A DNA stretch of 61,288 nt from Lama guanicoe (taxonomy: Eukaryota). The notes under the pieces are model-generated. The model did not search any database and had not been told where the DNA came from. It worked only from the letters and a program-made list of their open reading frames with translations. The DNA lies in NCBI GenBank assembly GCA_013239625.1, contig MU053994.1, forward strand, positions 4,631,434 to 4,692,721, given 5' to 3'. The position numbers and the translations under genes were made by a program. Shown one piece after another: positions 50,334 to 61,288 of the stretch (position 1 is the first letter of the stretch; the number at the start of each line of letters is the position of its first letter).

Positions 50334-50983
50334 TCTAGGCCTAAGTGTTTCTGACCACTCTCCTGTTTCTCTCTCCCCTATGGGCATTGCTAAAATATCA
50401 GAAACCAGCTCCAGAGCCCCGGACCTGGTAGAAGTGTATGGATGGGCTGTGATGATGTCATGCACACATCCATGCAGCTCCCAGAGGCTCAGGATATTTG
50501 TCCGTCAAGGAAGCTGCAGCCTGCACTTCCGTCATATCTATAAGACAGTCCAGTTGGTGAGTGTGAGGCTAATGTCTGCACCCCTGGCTTGGACAGAGAC
50601 ACTTGGCCGCATGTTGTAGGATGTGAGCCGTAAACAGAAACAGCAGATGTTGCATGTCCACCTCATTACCTAATCCCTTCAAATGAAGAACAATAAACAT
50701 GCTGCTACCATAAACATATCGTGTTTGTTTCACATTACAGGAAACTCTATGTTCTAGCTGCACCTACTAGATTTCGGATTGTTGGTTAATAGCAATTCAT
50801 TAGTTTGAGCAAATGATTGGGGCATTCATTAGAAGGGTAGTTACTAAGTGGGGAACCTGAAATAACCCTTTCAGGCTTCACTGAGCTCGGGATCAGGGGA
50901 CTCTGCAATGACAGACTTTGGATGCACACTAACCTCATTGGCAGAGAGATTTTTGTTATACCTCCACATTCCAGGAGCACTGA

Positions 50984-51197
50984 CAGGGGAGGGCAAAAGA
51001 GAGGAGAAGAAAGAGAGAGGGACAAAGAGAGAGAGGAAAAACCCAGAGAGAGTGAGAGGAAGAGAACGGGGAGGAGGAGGAGAGGGGAAAAGAGTGAGGA
51101 GGAGGGAAGAGGAGGGGGAGGTAGAGGGAGGAGGGGGGAAGGATGGGGACAGGAGGGAGGACGAGAAGAAAGAAGAGAAAGAAAGGAAAGAAGGAGA
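50984..51197. repeat. Polypurine G/A-rich low-complexity tract
   Basis: ~210 nt almost purely A/G with multiple G-runs. Confidence 0.95.
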
Positions 51198-51987
51198 TGT
51201 GTTCTATTGTATACCTTGTGAGCTGGAATTTTAGGGAAAGAAAAACAGTAACATAAAGGTTTTTTTGTTTGTTGTTTCTTAACACAGAGAGGATTTTGGT
51301 CGCTACTGCTGCAGCTAGCTATACTCCATGGTGACTGAGCATTTGGGGGGGAAAAGACCGAATAGAATGACTTAAGCAACCTTGAAAAAGAAGAAACATA
51401 TAGAGGAAAAGGAAGGGTGGAGAAGAGAGGGTGACGAGACTTTTGCTGTATTATTACTGCTGTAAGACAAGGGAATCCCAAGTTGAACGGATTCCAAAGT
51501 ATTGCTGACCTGATTTTAGTGACATTTCTAATCCTGCCTAGAAACACTCAGTAATTGACAACAGGTAGATTTTATTTAAGAGAGAGGGGACAGAAGGGAA
51601 AGACATCAATCATCACACGCTGTTTACCATTTGGCTCCGACATTGCACTGAGCCCAAAGTAGAAAACAATGTGATAGAACAAACAGAGATAAAGGTGGGA
51701 AGGTTTCAGGGGTTTCTCGGAGTGCTGCAGTGCAGGTCTGACAGAGGCGGGGCACAGGAGCGGTTACTGAGCACTGCAGAAAAAGTGCACTCAAACCCTG
51801 CAGTTAATTGCCCTCCAGAGGGTTCTACCAGGTATCATTTTGTTCAGTATTTTTCTTTGGGAAATGGTATATTTTATTTTTGCTAAAAATAGTATTTTGA
51901 CAGGGAATCACACACACAAAAAATAAGGCAGATAAATAAAGTTTAGGGGGCTTAGTGTGAAAATTGAGGTTTGAGCTGGTTAGGACG

Positions 51988-52087
51988 GCAGAATTGGGGC
52001 CCCACCCCAGGGCGACTGAATGGGAACTTGGATATTAATCAAATCTCCAGGGGGTTCACACACAGATGAAAATTTGAGTAGCTCTGG
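51988..52087. mobile_element. MER5-type MITE fragment
   Basis: ggccccaccccag...actgaat...tttgagtagctctg. Confidence 0.6.
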
Positions 52088-52387
52088 TTAAGAGAAAAAT
52101 GGTAAGCTAACACTTCGCATATTTATTTATCTGAGGCCTTTGTTCGGTCCGAGATCCATTGTGCCCACCTGGATATGCCCTTGTAACTGACATGTGCAAC
52201 CTCCATCCCCTTCCCCATCTCATAGCCCAGGCAGACATTTCTAATCAATTAATCAATAGTAGACAGCTGGAGCATTGTCCTGACTTGTGAAGCTAAATCT
52301 AAGCAGTAAGAGAAACTAAAAAAGTGATCAAATTTGGCACCCTGGCTTAGCTTTTGTGTGTGTATACATGTCTGTGTGTGTCTTTAT

Positions 52388-52571
52388 CAGTGGTTCTCAA
52401 GCTTTAACATGCTTCAGAAGCATCTGGAGGACTTGCTGAAACACAGACTGCTAAACCCCAGTCCCAGAATTTCTGAATCAGTAGGACTTGGCTGGGGCCT
52501 GAGAATTTGCATTTCTAACCCATTCTGAATGCTGATGCTGCTGGTCAGGGACCACACGCTGGGAATCACTG
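52388..52571 (+). mobile_element. hAT-Charlie MITE MER5A, full length
   Basis: TIRs cagtggttctc / gggaatcactg; ggggcctgagaatttgcatttctaac; 8-bp TSD gtctttat/gtccttat. Confidence 0.9.
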
Positions 52572-53099
52572 GTCCTTATCCTTTCTCTACCCATCTCCCT
52601 CACATAAAGGCATTGTTCTTTATCTTTCCCTTTAGAACTTTTCTCTGAAAGATGAGGTGCAGTTACTTGATGTGGTAGCAGGTATTAGCTGCTTACCCTG
52701 TTATACTTAACAAGTTTTATGAATATTTTAAAGGGAACTCCTAAGAATATTGTTTTTGACAAACGGTCTAAAGATGCTGCATGTCCCACCTCATTACACT
52801 TTTACAGGAGTCATGTGTAGGGGATGGGAGATGGGTGTTTGGAGGCAGGCAGAGCCATGTCGTGTCCCCCAAGTACCATCACCTACACAGTTGCCTTCCT
52901 CGGCCCTACCGAGAAAACCATGGGACAGCTCCTGTGAATCCTGCCAGTGAGGCATGGGTCACTCTGCCAGGGAGGCCCTCTTCTTCATCATAAAATAAAT
53001 GGGGAAAACCTACAAAAAAGGGGGAAAGGCTGTACTGAAACATCTTTTGGAGACAAGTAGTTTCTTTACCTTATTTTAAAATGTGCAGTCTTCTTTATT

Positions 53100-53498
53100 T
53101 TAAGGAATATAATGAACACTAGAGACAGTAAGTCAAAGACATGGTTCCCAGATCCAAACATGCAATTACAGGGTATTTTAGATACTACAGTACAGGTAAA
53201 AACCAGGTGCTATAAAAAGAGAAGAAGAGAGGCTCATTCAGCCTAGAAATTAGGAGGGCTTCCTAGAATAGTGGGTGGCTAAGCTGATGATTAAATAATG
53301 CTCAAGAGTTACCCTAGGCAGGAGAGTAACATGATAGATTCACTTACTAGACCTATTACAATTGGCAACTTTGTGGAGAAAGGATTGGAGGAGTCAACAC
53401 TTGGGACAGGGGACTGGTTAGAAGATGGTTGCAGTAGTCTATGGAGACCCAAACTAGAAATGGCGATGGGGAAGAGAAAAAATGGATAGTCAGGAACC
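53100..53498 (-). mobile_element. L2 LINE fragment
   Basis: gggagggcttcctaga; ggattggagg; gttgcagtagtc. Confidence 0.6.
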
Positions 53499-53509
53499 AT
53501 GAAAGAAAT

Positions 53510-54440
53510 CAACAAACAGAACACAAATAACAAATGTTGGGATGAGGGGACAGCTCAAATGGTAAGAGTGCATGCTTAGCATGCATGGGGTCTTCGGTTC
53601 AATCCCTGATACCTCCTCCAAAAATAAATAAACTCAACTACCTCCCCCTGCCAAAAAAAAATGTTAGCAAGGATGTAGAGAAAAGGAAACCCTCATACAC
53701 TGTTGGTAGGAATGTAAAATTGGTGTAGCCACTGTGGAAAAAGGTGTGGAGGTTTCTCAAAAAACTAAAATTAGAACTACCTATGACCCAGCAATTCCAC
53801 TCCTGGGTATATATCTGGAAAAAAAAACCCCACTAATTTGAAAAGATACATGCACCCAAATTGTCATAGCAATCTTATTTACTTGCCAAGATGTGGAAGC
53901 AACTTAAGTACCCATCAGCAGATGAATGGATAAAGGAGATATGAAATACATATACAGAGACACACACACAATGGAATACTACTCAGCCAAAAAAGGAATG
54001 AAATTTTGCCATTTGAGGCAACATAAATGAACTTGGAGGGTATTATGTTTTGTGAAATAAGTCAGACAGAAAAAGACAAATACTATATGATATCACTTAT
54101 GTAGCTCTATCTATACGTAGAATCTAAAAAATACAATAAACTAATGAATATAACAGAAAAGAAGCAGACTCACAGATATAGAGAATAAACCAGTGGTTAC
54201 CAATGGGGAGAGGCAAGGGGTTAGTGGATTAAATTAGAGGTATGAGATTAAGAGGTACAAATTAAATGATGTATAAAATAAGCTACGAAGATATATTGTA
54301 CAACATGGGGAATATAGCCAATATTTTATAATAACTATAAATGGAATATAACCTTTAAAAATTGTGAATCACTATATTGCACACCTGTAATATATAATAT
54401 TGTACCTCAACTATACTTCAGTAAAACAAAATAAAAATTT
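53510..54440 (+). mobile_element. 5'-truncated L1, artiodactyl-type 3' end, split by a Vic-1 SINE
   Basis: gacccagcaattccactcctgggtatatat; gcagactcacagatatagagaa; ggaatatagccaatattttataataactataaatgg; caactatacttca plus A tail. Confidence 0.9.
53539..53661 (+). mobile_element. tRNA-derived SINE, camelid Vic-1-like
   Basis: agctcaaatggtaagagtgcatgcttagcatgca...ggttcaatccc...acctcc; A tail; TSD aaatgtt on both sides. Confidence 0.9.
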
Positions 54441-55049
54441 AAGGAATAGTGGGAAAAAAAAAAGAAATAGAATGATCAGGTTCTGGATTAGCTGTAGATT
54501 AGCTTTATGTAGTCATGCTTCTCCAGAATGACTACCCAGATGTGTGGCCACCGCCCATTCAGGACTAATTTAGAGACAGGGACTCATCCTACTTGAAACC
54601 TCTGCTATCACTACCATACTCTTTTCTTTCTATTCTACTTACTTCTATAGAACTGACCAGTGTCACTTCAGTACTTGTTTTCAGCCATCCCAATAGGACT
54701 CCTCATGGACTATGCCATTTTGTGTCCAATCCTCAGTGTCTTCCCTGACCCCTCTTCTGTCCCCCAGTTACCAAACTCTGCTGGCAGCCCCACTACAGAT
54801 AAGTCTGGTACCTGGCCTCCCGAGGAAACACTTTTTTACACCAACTCTTCTAGAAAAATGCCACTTGCATTTATATCCTTGTTTCTTTGCAGACCTGTGC
54901 TTGGCAAAGGCCTGCCTGCTAGCTGTCCTTGCCTTTCTACTCATGCTCCTATCTCAATAAACTCACAGATATAGTTTTTCTTTCTGAATCAAGATTTTTG
55001 GCTACCTCTTCCAGGTACATTTCCAGCTCCATCTGCCTCAGCAACTTCA

Positions 55050-55530
55050 ACCCCTGGCAGTTATCTGCCATCAGGGTATTTCCATTCAGCCAAAGCTATG
55101 GTGGACAGTTCTGTGCAAAAACCCATTTCTGCCTTCATCCCACCTCAAGCCACACCTCTTTTAGCTTTTTGCTCTAGGATCTTCTCCAATATATTAGCAG
55201 TTCACTCTGCCTACATGCAAGCATGACCCCAAAGTGTGGGAAAGCAATGTCCCTAGAGGCAATTCTCAGACAATAGGGGAAAGGAGTAACGGATAAATGA
55301 TAAAAGCTCTGGCCTCCTATCAGTCTTCCTACACTTATTTGAAGGTCCCAGTAGACTCAAGACCCTGTGCCTCATAGCAATGATTTCAATTACATACTCT
55401 TATATTGGGTTTTCTACCTTCCCTGTCTCTCTTCCTCATTTCTCCACTCTTGCTACATGCAATTATCTCCCAAATAAACCACTCAAGTCCTTATCTCAGT
55501 TTGGGTTCCCTCAAAGCAGAGTGTAAGATA
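55050..55530 (+). mobile_element. ERVL LTR (LTR33-group), degenerate
   Basis: ggtggacagttc; cccacctcaagc; ccttccctgtctc; tctcccaaataaac. Confidence 0.6.
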
Positions 55531-56153
55531 GTCATATACTCTATTTTACACTCTCTTCTAAAATTACTCTTTCCAGAAAATGCCAAACAATATATAACAT
55601 TTAAAAGAAAGAAAGGAAGGGGATAGAGGCCTATGGGGTAGAGGTAAGAAAGGTAGTATAAAATAGAGAATTGATGACATTAGGCACAACAAGGAATTTT
55701 ATACGCAGACAAGTTTGAGGCCCAGGTTGTCAATGTCCTTTGAATTAAAGAACCAATCTCCAGGCAAACCACGTATACAAACTTAGAGCTCCTAGGCAAA
55801 GGGTACTGGGGGTTAGTGTACTACCAAAGTACTCAGGATCACAGTCTTTAAATTATTATGTGATGGTACCTCTGGAGTAGTAAAATACAGAGACTCTGAC
55901 ATGGAGAAGTAATTTGTTTGGGATCCATTAGTCTAGTGGCAAGAAATAACTGTTGAACTTTTTTTCGAGTAGGGGGAGGACAGAAGGTGAAGAAGAGGAA
56001 AGAGTCAGGAAGAGAATACATGTGTGGGGATGGGGGGAGAGGCAAAGCAAGTGTTAAAAAGCAGCTGACACATTAATTGATCCTTAGTGCCTTCTGCCAG
56101 GAACTATAAGAAGCCAGATAAGTGGCAAGTAGAAAACAGGATATAGACCCACC

Positions 56154-57142
56154 ATTAGCAGATGCTGCTGGTGCCCAACTCATATGCTCTCATACTCACT
56201 GTGGTGGTTTTAAAATGCATCCACAGATTCTTTGACACACCTCCTTTCAAAAGGTAGACACTGAAAACCCTCCCCTTGAGTGTGGGTTGGAATTACTGAT
56301 TTGCTTCTAATGACAATAGTATATGGTAGAAATAAATTACAGTGTGTGACTGCCAAGACTAGGTCACAAAAGGCATAGTTGCTTCCTCCTTGCTCTCGCT
56401 CAGATCATTCGCTCTGACAAAGTCAATTGCTGTGTCTTGAGGATTCACAGGGATCCCTAAGGCGGGAGCCATGTAGCAAGGACGTAAGGCTTCCTGCCAA
56501 CAGTCCTGTAAAAAAGCTATCTTGGAAGCAGATTGTCCAGCCTCCGTCAATCCTTCAGATGACTGAAGCCTGGCTAACATCTTGAATGCAACTTCGTGAG
56601 AAACCTTAAAACCAGAATCACAGGTTAAGTTGATTTCCTGACCCACAGAAACAGTGGCTTCGAAACAATACACATCCATTATCTCATTTGTTATGCAGCG
56701 ATAAATAGTTAACACACTCACTATTCTAGTGCAGGCCAACCCAACAGCTACCAACTGAAGGCACCTGTACCTCTGTGCCTGAGGGCTTTTCTGGCTGCTG
56801 GAGCCCACTCATTCAGCATGCAGGGGCAGGCCAGAAGTATCAGAGTTAACAGCCCCAGAAGTAGCCCTCCTGCAACGACTGACACTTTGTTGGATAAACA
56901 GTCTAGCTCCCTTGCCCCTAAATGCAGAACACCATCTTCCAGAGGTTCCCAGAAGAACTGATTCTCGGGCGCTCACAGGTCAGTAACCTACTCATTAATG
57001 CACATTTTATCAGCTTCCATTCCATCTCCATCTTACTTCTCCACTCCCCTGCCTGTGACTACTGGGATCAGTTCCCAAACAAAGTACTTCTACTCAAATC
57101 CTTGCCTCAGGGCCTGCTTCTGGGGTAACTCAACCTAAGACA
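56154..57142 (+). mobile_element. ERVL solo LTR (LTR33-like) split by MLT1F
   Basis: tagcagatgctgctggtgccc...tgcctgagggctttt...caacctaagaca; TSD-like ccacc/ccacg. Confidence 0.85.
56200..56716 (+). mobile_element. MaLR solo LTR (MLT1F-like)
   Basis: tgtggtggttttaaaa...atcttggaagcagat...ttcctgacccacagaaac...aacaca; perfect 5-bp TSD ctcac (56195-56199 / 56717-56721). Confidence 0.9.
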
Positions 57143-57619
57143 CCACGAGATAATTAAGCCTCGTCCTTTCTGTTAAAATAGGATAAACATCATGGAAGAA
57201 AAAAATGTGTGGGAGGAGTTAAGGGAAATTTTCTTCTTAAAAAAAAAAAAAGACAAAATGACCATTCTTGATCATCTAATATCTTCCAGTCCAACTGCAC
57301 CCCTCACCACCATAAATTCTGCCGATCATTGCTAAAGGTTAGAGTGGAAAAAGAGAAAAAAGTATTGACGACACAGAAGCTATGCCTGTTTCATCTTCAG
57401 TCTGGTATAGCAGAAATCTCTAGTTCAGGATGCTGACCTTGGAGGAATTGGCTTTGGGATAGTCTTAACAAACTGCTCCACCTTCCCTCATTCTATCTGA
57501 TTTGGGTGGGGATTGCCCTTAACAAGATTTTCTGAATTGGAATTAAGGAAGTCCAATTTGCTAGCAGTTCCATGATTCCCTTATATACGTCTTCCTAGCT
57601 TCACCAGCAGAGAAATATG

Positions 57620-57858
57620 AGCCTTGATTTTTTTTTTTTGCCTTGGGGAAAATGATAGCCTGAGGGAATAAAGTTGAAACAAAGCAGCAGAGAAAGAGGG
57701 TGAAGAGTGAGGGTCCTGTGGCATTTCAATTCGAATTTCAATTATTTCTGAATCCATTATTATCTCTGGCCGTCTTATGGACTGTCTTACATAAGCCAAT
57801 AAATTCCTCTTTTGCCTTATCTAATTTTTGGTTGCAAGTGAAAGAAACCCAACATGTG
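57620..57858 (+). mobile_element. Old MLT1 (MLT1J-like) 3' fragment
   Basis: ttacataagccaataaattcctcttttgc...ttgcaagtgaaaga. Confidence 0.55.
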
Positions 57859-58014
57859 AATACTGATTAAAACATCTTATTTTAATAATCTGGAAATAAT
57901 TAGGCATTTCTCTTCTTGAACTGCCAACTCCCAAACTGGCCTTAATCAGGCTAATTGAGCTTAATTTAAAGGTCAGCTTTCACCTAAAAGAAGGGAAAGA
58001 GGATGCATTAAAAA

Positions 58015-58220
58015 TTATGTCAGATGCTTTACAAAGAGAGTTTTAGAAACCATAATTTAGCCTTCATGATTACCTTTCAACACAGACATTCCCATTTCAT
58101 ACATCAGGAAACCAAGGCTCTGAGAAGTCAGGAAATGACTTGCCAAAAGTTACCCAATTAGTAGTTGTGGAGCCGCAGAAGACCCGAAAGCACTAGGCTT
58201 AGCCCAAGTGCCATTCATCT
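58015..58220 (-). mobile_element. MIR fragment
   Basis: cccatttcat...aggaaaccaaggctctgaga...atgacttgcc. Confidence 0.7.
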
Positions 58221-58348
58221 CAATCCCTGACCATTTAAGACTTTATGAGGTCATATTTTCCACCCTGTCATTATTTTTGCACTGACGTATTCCCTGAGGG
58301 TAACCCTGAAATGGATCCATCTTGCACTGACAAAAAGATGACACTGCA

Positions 58349-58773
58349 TGAAGCCACCATGGAAGTGTACCACTCAGATCTCCCTTCAAGAAAGTACTTT
58401 TCACCCAGCAGTTAACTGACAGTTTCCCTCTTTGGAGTCAAGGCTTCCTGGGAAGCCCCAGCTGCCGACTGACCAGGGCAGGGGTCATTTCCGTCCAGTG
58501 CAGGACTCCTGCAGGGAGCTACCTTTGCTCCGGGGCTCCCCCCGGGTTGGCCAAGGCTTTGTCATATATGCATCCCGGTCTGAAGCTCTTCTGTCCAGCC
58601 CTGCTTTTCAGTCCGTTTCCTCGGGAGTTAGCTCAGCATCACGGCCCAAAGGCTTTGCCCGCCCAGTCCCGCTTCCTCTGTCTTTCCTTCCAATGGCATT
58701 TATCCCCCAACAAGCTACTTGCCCTCTTAGCAGCGCTTCAGCTTGTGCTTCCTAGAAGACCTAAACTGGAACA
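58349..58773 (+). mobile_element. ERVL solo LTR (LTR16A/B-like)
   Basis: ctcagatctcccttcaaga; ctttgctccggggctcccc; gaagacctaaactggaaca. Confidence 0.8.
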
Positions 58774-59823
58774 CGAAACAGTGAGCACATGAGTGAAAGG
58801 AGTAAAACTCCAGGGAACCACGTTCCTTCGTGAGGTGCTTTGCTACAGATACGTCAGCCATGGCAGAGCAGTGTAATTCTAGTTCTCTAAAGCAGATTGT
58901 GCTGAATGTGCCAAATGGCTTCTCTTAGCTGGAAGGAGTGCCTCCCCGAGACCTGTCAGGCACTAGTATTTATGGGACCATTTCTGTCTGAGTGATCCAG
59001 TCCCTCTTTATGGAGATGATTGCTTCACAGCCCTGCCATAGGTATTTACCATCAGGGCTATTACAGCCCACTGAGTCATCCAGGAGAGAAATCCAAGTGG
59101 ATAATTAACATCCTGAGGAAGGTAATTGTGGAACACTTAAGCATGGGGCCATAACTTCTGGTTCAGTGTCAGTAAGGATAACCTGTAGGGCATATCATCC
59201 TTAATGAGTCAGTAGCTACCTAAGATGATTATAAAAACCCAAAGCGTATTATTTTTATCACCATGTGCAGGAGCTGCAGATTATGTCCTTTTGACCTATT
59301 TTGTTTTCTCATTCTCAGCTAAATGATAACCATTCAGGAGTAGAGGAAACACATGATTCTTCTCATTATTAAGGAGTACTGTATGTCCAAAGTATGTTTT
59401 TCTAAGTAGGAAACTTGCAGGGCAGGAGATTTTCCCCTTTATCCTCACAAGTTACTTTTCTGTTTTACCTGTGGCAATGATTCTCCTTACTCTGGGTTCA
59501 GGGAAAGAGGTGGCCACCCACACATTACAGTCCACGGACAGAGCATGCATTGATAATTAAAGGGGCAGAGGTCGGATCTGACCTTGAAAAGAAGAGTTGG
59601 AGCCATGCCCTCCGAATAAAGGGGGAAACACATTCCAGGCAGGGCAACAGTTTTAGCCTCCCTAAACCGCTCTGCTACTTTCAGACACAGATGGTTTAAA
59701 CGAACTGTCAGTTACCCCTGAAGAATGTCATTTCTTCTGTTTCCTCTCTTTGTCCTCATGTTACAGTACATATGCCCTACTCACTGTGTATACAAAAGAC
59801 ACTGCGTTTTACCATAGCAAAAT

Positions 59824-60315
59824 GGTATCAGTTCAAGTCCTCTGGTGAGCAGACACTGAGAATGAGTTGAGTATAACACGTGTGTTGGGGAGTAATGTCT
59901 CTGAAAGCTAAATGGGGAGAAAGCAGGTTTAGGTGTAGAAAGACTTCAGACTATGATGCCAATCACACTCCTGTGAAAGGAAAGAAGGAAGGAAGCAGCA
60001 TCCAGCAGGCAGAGCCACAGAATGCACTGCAGCTGGGACTAATCTGGCCACCACGACAGAGCAAGGAAGCAGAGATTGTCCATTAGCAGAGTCCCACGCT
60101 GGACAGAAACAGCCGGGCCCTAGTGTATCCCCATCAAGCTCACTCACTGTCTGGAGACTACCTGAGAAGAGCATGGCCTTGGCTCAGATGCTGCAGTGGA
60201 TCCCAAAGGTGCTGCAGCTAGAGGCTGTCTGCTAGCCACACGCCTCACCCCGCAGCCGATCGATAAGGTTTTTATTGATGGGAGGTCCAAGTCACACACC
60301 TCCACGGTTGCCACA
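59824..60315 (-). mobile_element. ERVL solo LTR (LTR16A/B-like)
   Basis: agcagacactgaga; gattgtccattagcagagtccc; aagagcatggccttggctc; ends ggttgccaca. Confidence 0.8.
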
Positions 60316-60374
60316 GTAACCTAGTCTATCGGGACCGAGAAACAAATGCAAAGGTTCAATTCTTGATCACATTA

Positions 60375-60630
60375 CATCTTCTTCATGCATGGGCTGTGGT
60401 TCTCATCTGTTTCGTGCTCAAGTTCAGGACCCAAGCTAAGATAGTAGCAGCCACCACTTGGAGCAATAGCTATGGCAGAAGAATAGCGCTAGTGGGTTTC
60501 ACACCAATAAGAGCTCACGATTCATTAGCCAGAATGGGTCACATGGCCCCACCTAGCCACAAGGGGTAGGAGGTTCAATCCTACCGTGTGGAAAATGGAC
60601 AGCCTAAAACCAGCAACATCAATGACCACA
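60375..60630 (-). mobile_element. Old MLT1 LTR fragment
   Basis: caggacccaagct; ttcattagccagaa...gtcacatggccccaccta. Confidence 0.6.
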
Positions 60631-60668
60631 ACAAAAAACAAATCAGTAGACTTTCCAAAGTCTCTTTT

Positions 60669-61288
60669 GAGAAGAGGCAAGATGGCGGAGTAGAAGGACG
60701 CTTGTAAGTCACCCTCTCCCACAAATACACCAAGAGCCACATCTACAGACCCACTCAGCCAACCAGAGCACCTGCGGAACTCCAACAGATCATCGCCCTC
60801 TTCAAAAGATAAAGACGCCAAAAATCTGGTAGGAGAAAAGGAAAAAAGAAAGAACAAAAGGCAAAGCAGTGCGGGACGGGTCCCGCGGGGAGGGAGCAGC
60901 AAAGGAGGACTGGCGCTTGCTCGCTGGGTCTCCCCTCTCCAACTGAGAGGCCAGCGGGACGGAGGGGGAGCCTCCGAGGCTCGGATCTGTACAGAGCAGC
61001 CCTTGTCTGACAGAACTAAGTTAAACGGGCACAGAGCATCCCCACGACACCCAGCCTGAGACGCGGGCCGGCAGCGGCGGGCAGGGCCAGGCTGCACAAG
61101 CCGGGCGGAGGACGGGGGCGGCTGCACAGAGGCAGCCCGGGGGACTGCAAGGGGCTGGGCGCCTTGGCTGTGGGTGTACAGGACACAACAACCTGGGCCC
61201 TCCATAAAACAGCAAGGTTGATGTGCTCTCGGGGGAAGGGTGCATACCCCCATCTCTGAAAACCCGCGGAAACTTTTCAGGGGAAGAG
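60669..61288 (+). mobile_element. 5' UTR of a young, probably full-length L1 (continues beyond the window)
   Basis: Abrupt start of a CpG-rich tract with caagatggcggagtagaaggacg...caccctctcccacaaatacacc, typical of laurasiatherian L1 5' ends. Confidence 0.85.
60678..60688 (+). promoter_or_regulatory. YY1 site of the L1 internal promoter
   Basis: CAAGATGGCGG about 10 nt from the element start, the canonical L1 YY1 position. Confidence 0.8.

Noticed and set aside
50786..51547. Longest ORF (253 aa) and overlapping ORFs as a protein-coding gene
   Set aside because: They are open only because they cross a polypurine tract, giving L/S/P- or R/E/G-rich low-complexity translations in several frames.
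52170..52345. Possible MER102-like hAT fragment (and a Charlie-like piece at ~32004-32150)
   Set aside because: Similarity is too patchy to call by eye.
60669..61288. CpG island as a host-gene promoter
   Set aside because: It starts with an L1-type YY1 5' end and has a sharp boundary, so an L1 5' UTR explains it.
1..61288. CRISPR array, operon or other prokaryotic/defence system
   Set aside because: No regularly spaced repeats and no gene-dense coding sequence; the window is mammalian repeat-rich DNA.

Overview
Mammalian, almost certainly camelid, non-coding genomic DNA. The two young tRNA-derived SINEs match my recollection of the camelid Vic-1 family. No protein-coding gene, functional RNA gene, CRISPR array or prokaryotic system is supported: the listed ORFs are low-complexity sequence, chance ORFs or decayed retroelement fragments. 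Roughly half the window is interspersed repeats. These include old L1MC/L1ME LINEs (nearly all on +), MIR and L2 fragments, MaLR (MLT1) and ERVL (MLT2) LTRs, about 16 LTR16/LTR33/LTR41-type ERVL LTR pieces, a ~2.3 kb decayed ERVL gag-pro-RT segment split by an antisense LTR16C, ERV1 solo LTRs (MER34A x2, MER89-like), and hAT/Tigger MITEs. The window ends in the intact-looking CpG-rich 5' UTR of a young L1, which carries a long antisense ORF reading into the flank. Smaller oddities are a perfect 15-bp hairpin, a very diverged U6-like copy, possible CR1/L3 RT fossils and a duplicated splice-acceptor-like 19-mer. Repeat subfamily names come from remembered consensus sequences, not from a search, and most boundaries are approximate. 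I found no convincing new biological system.
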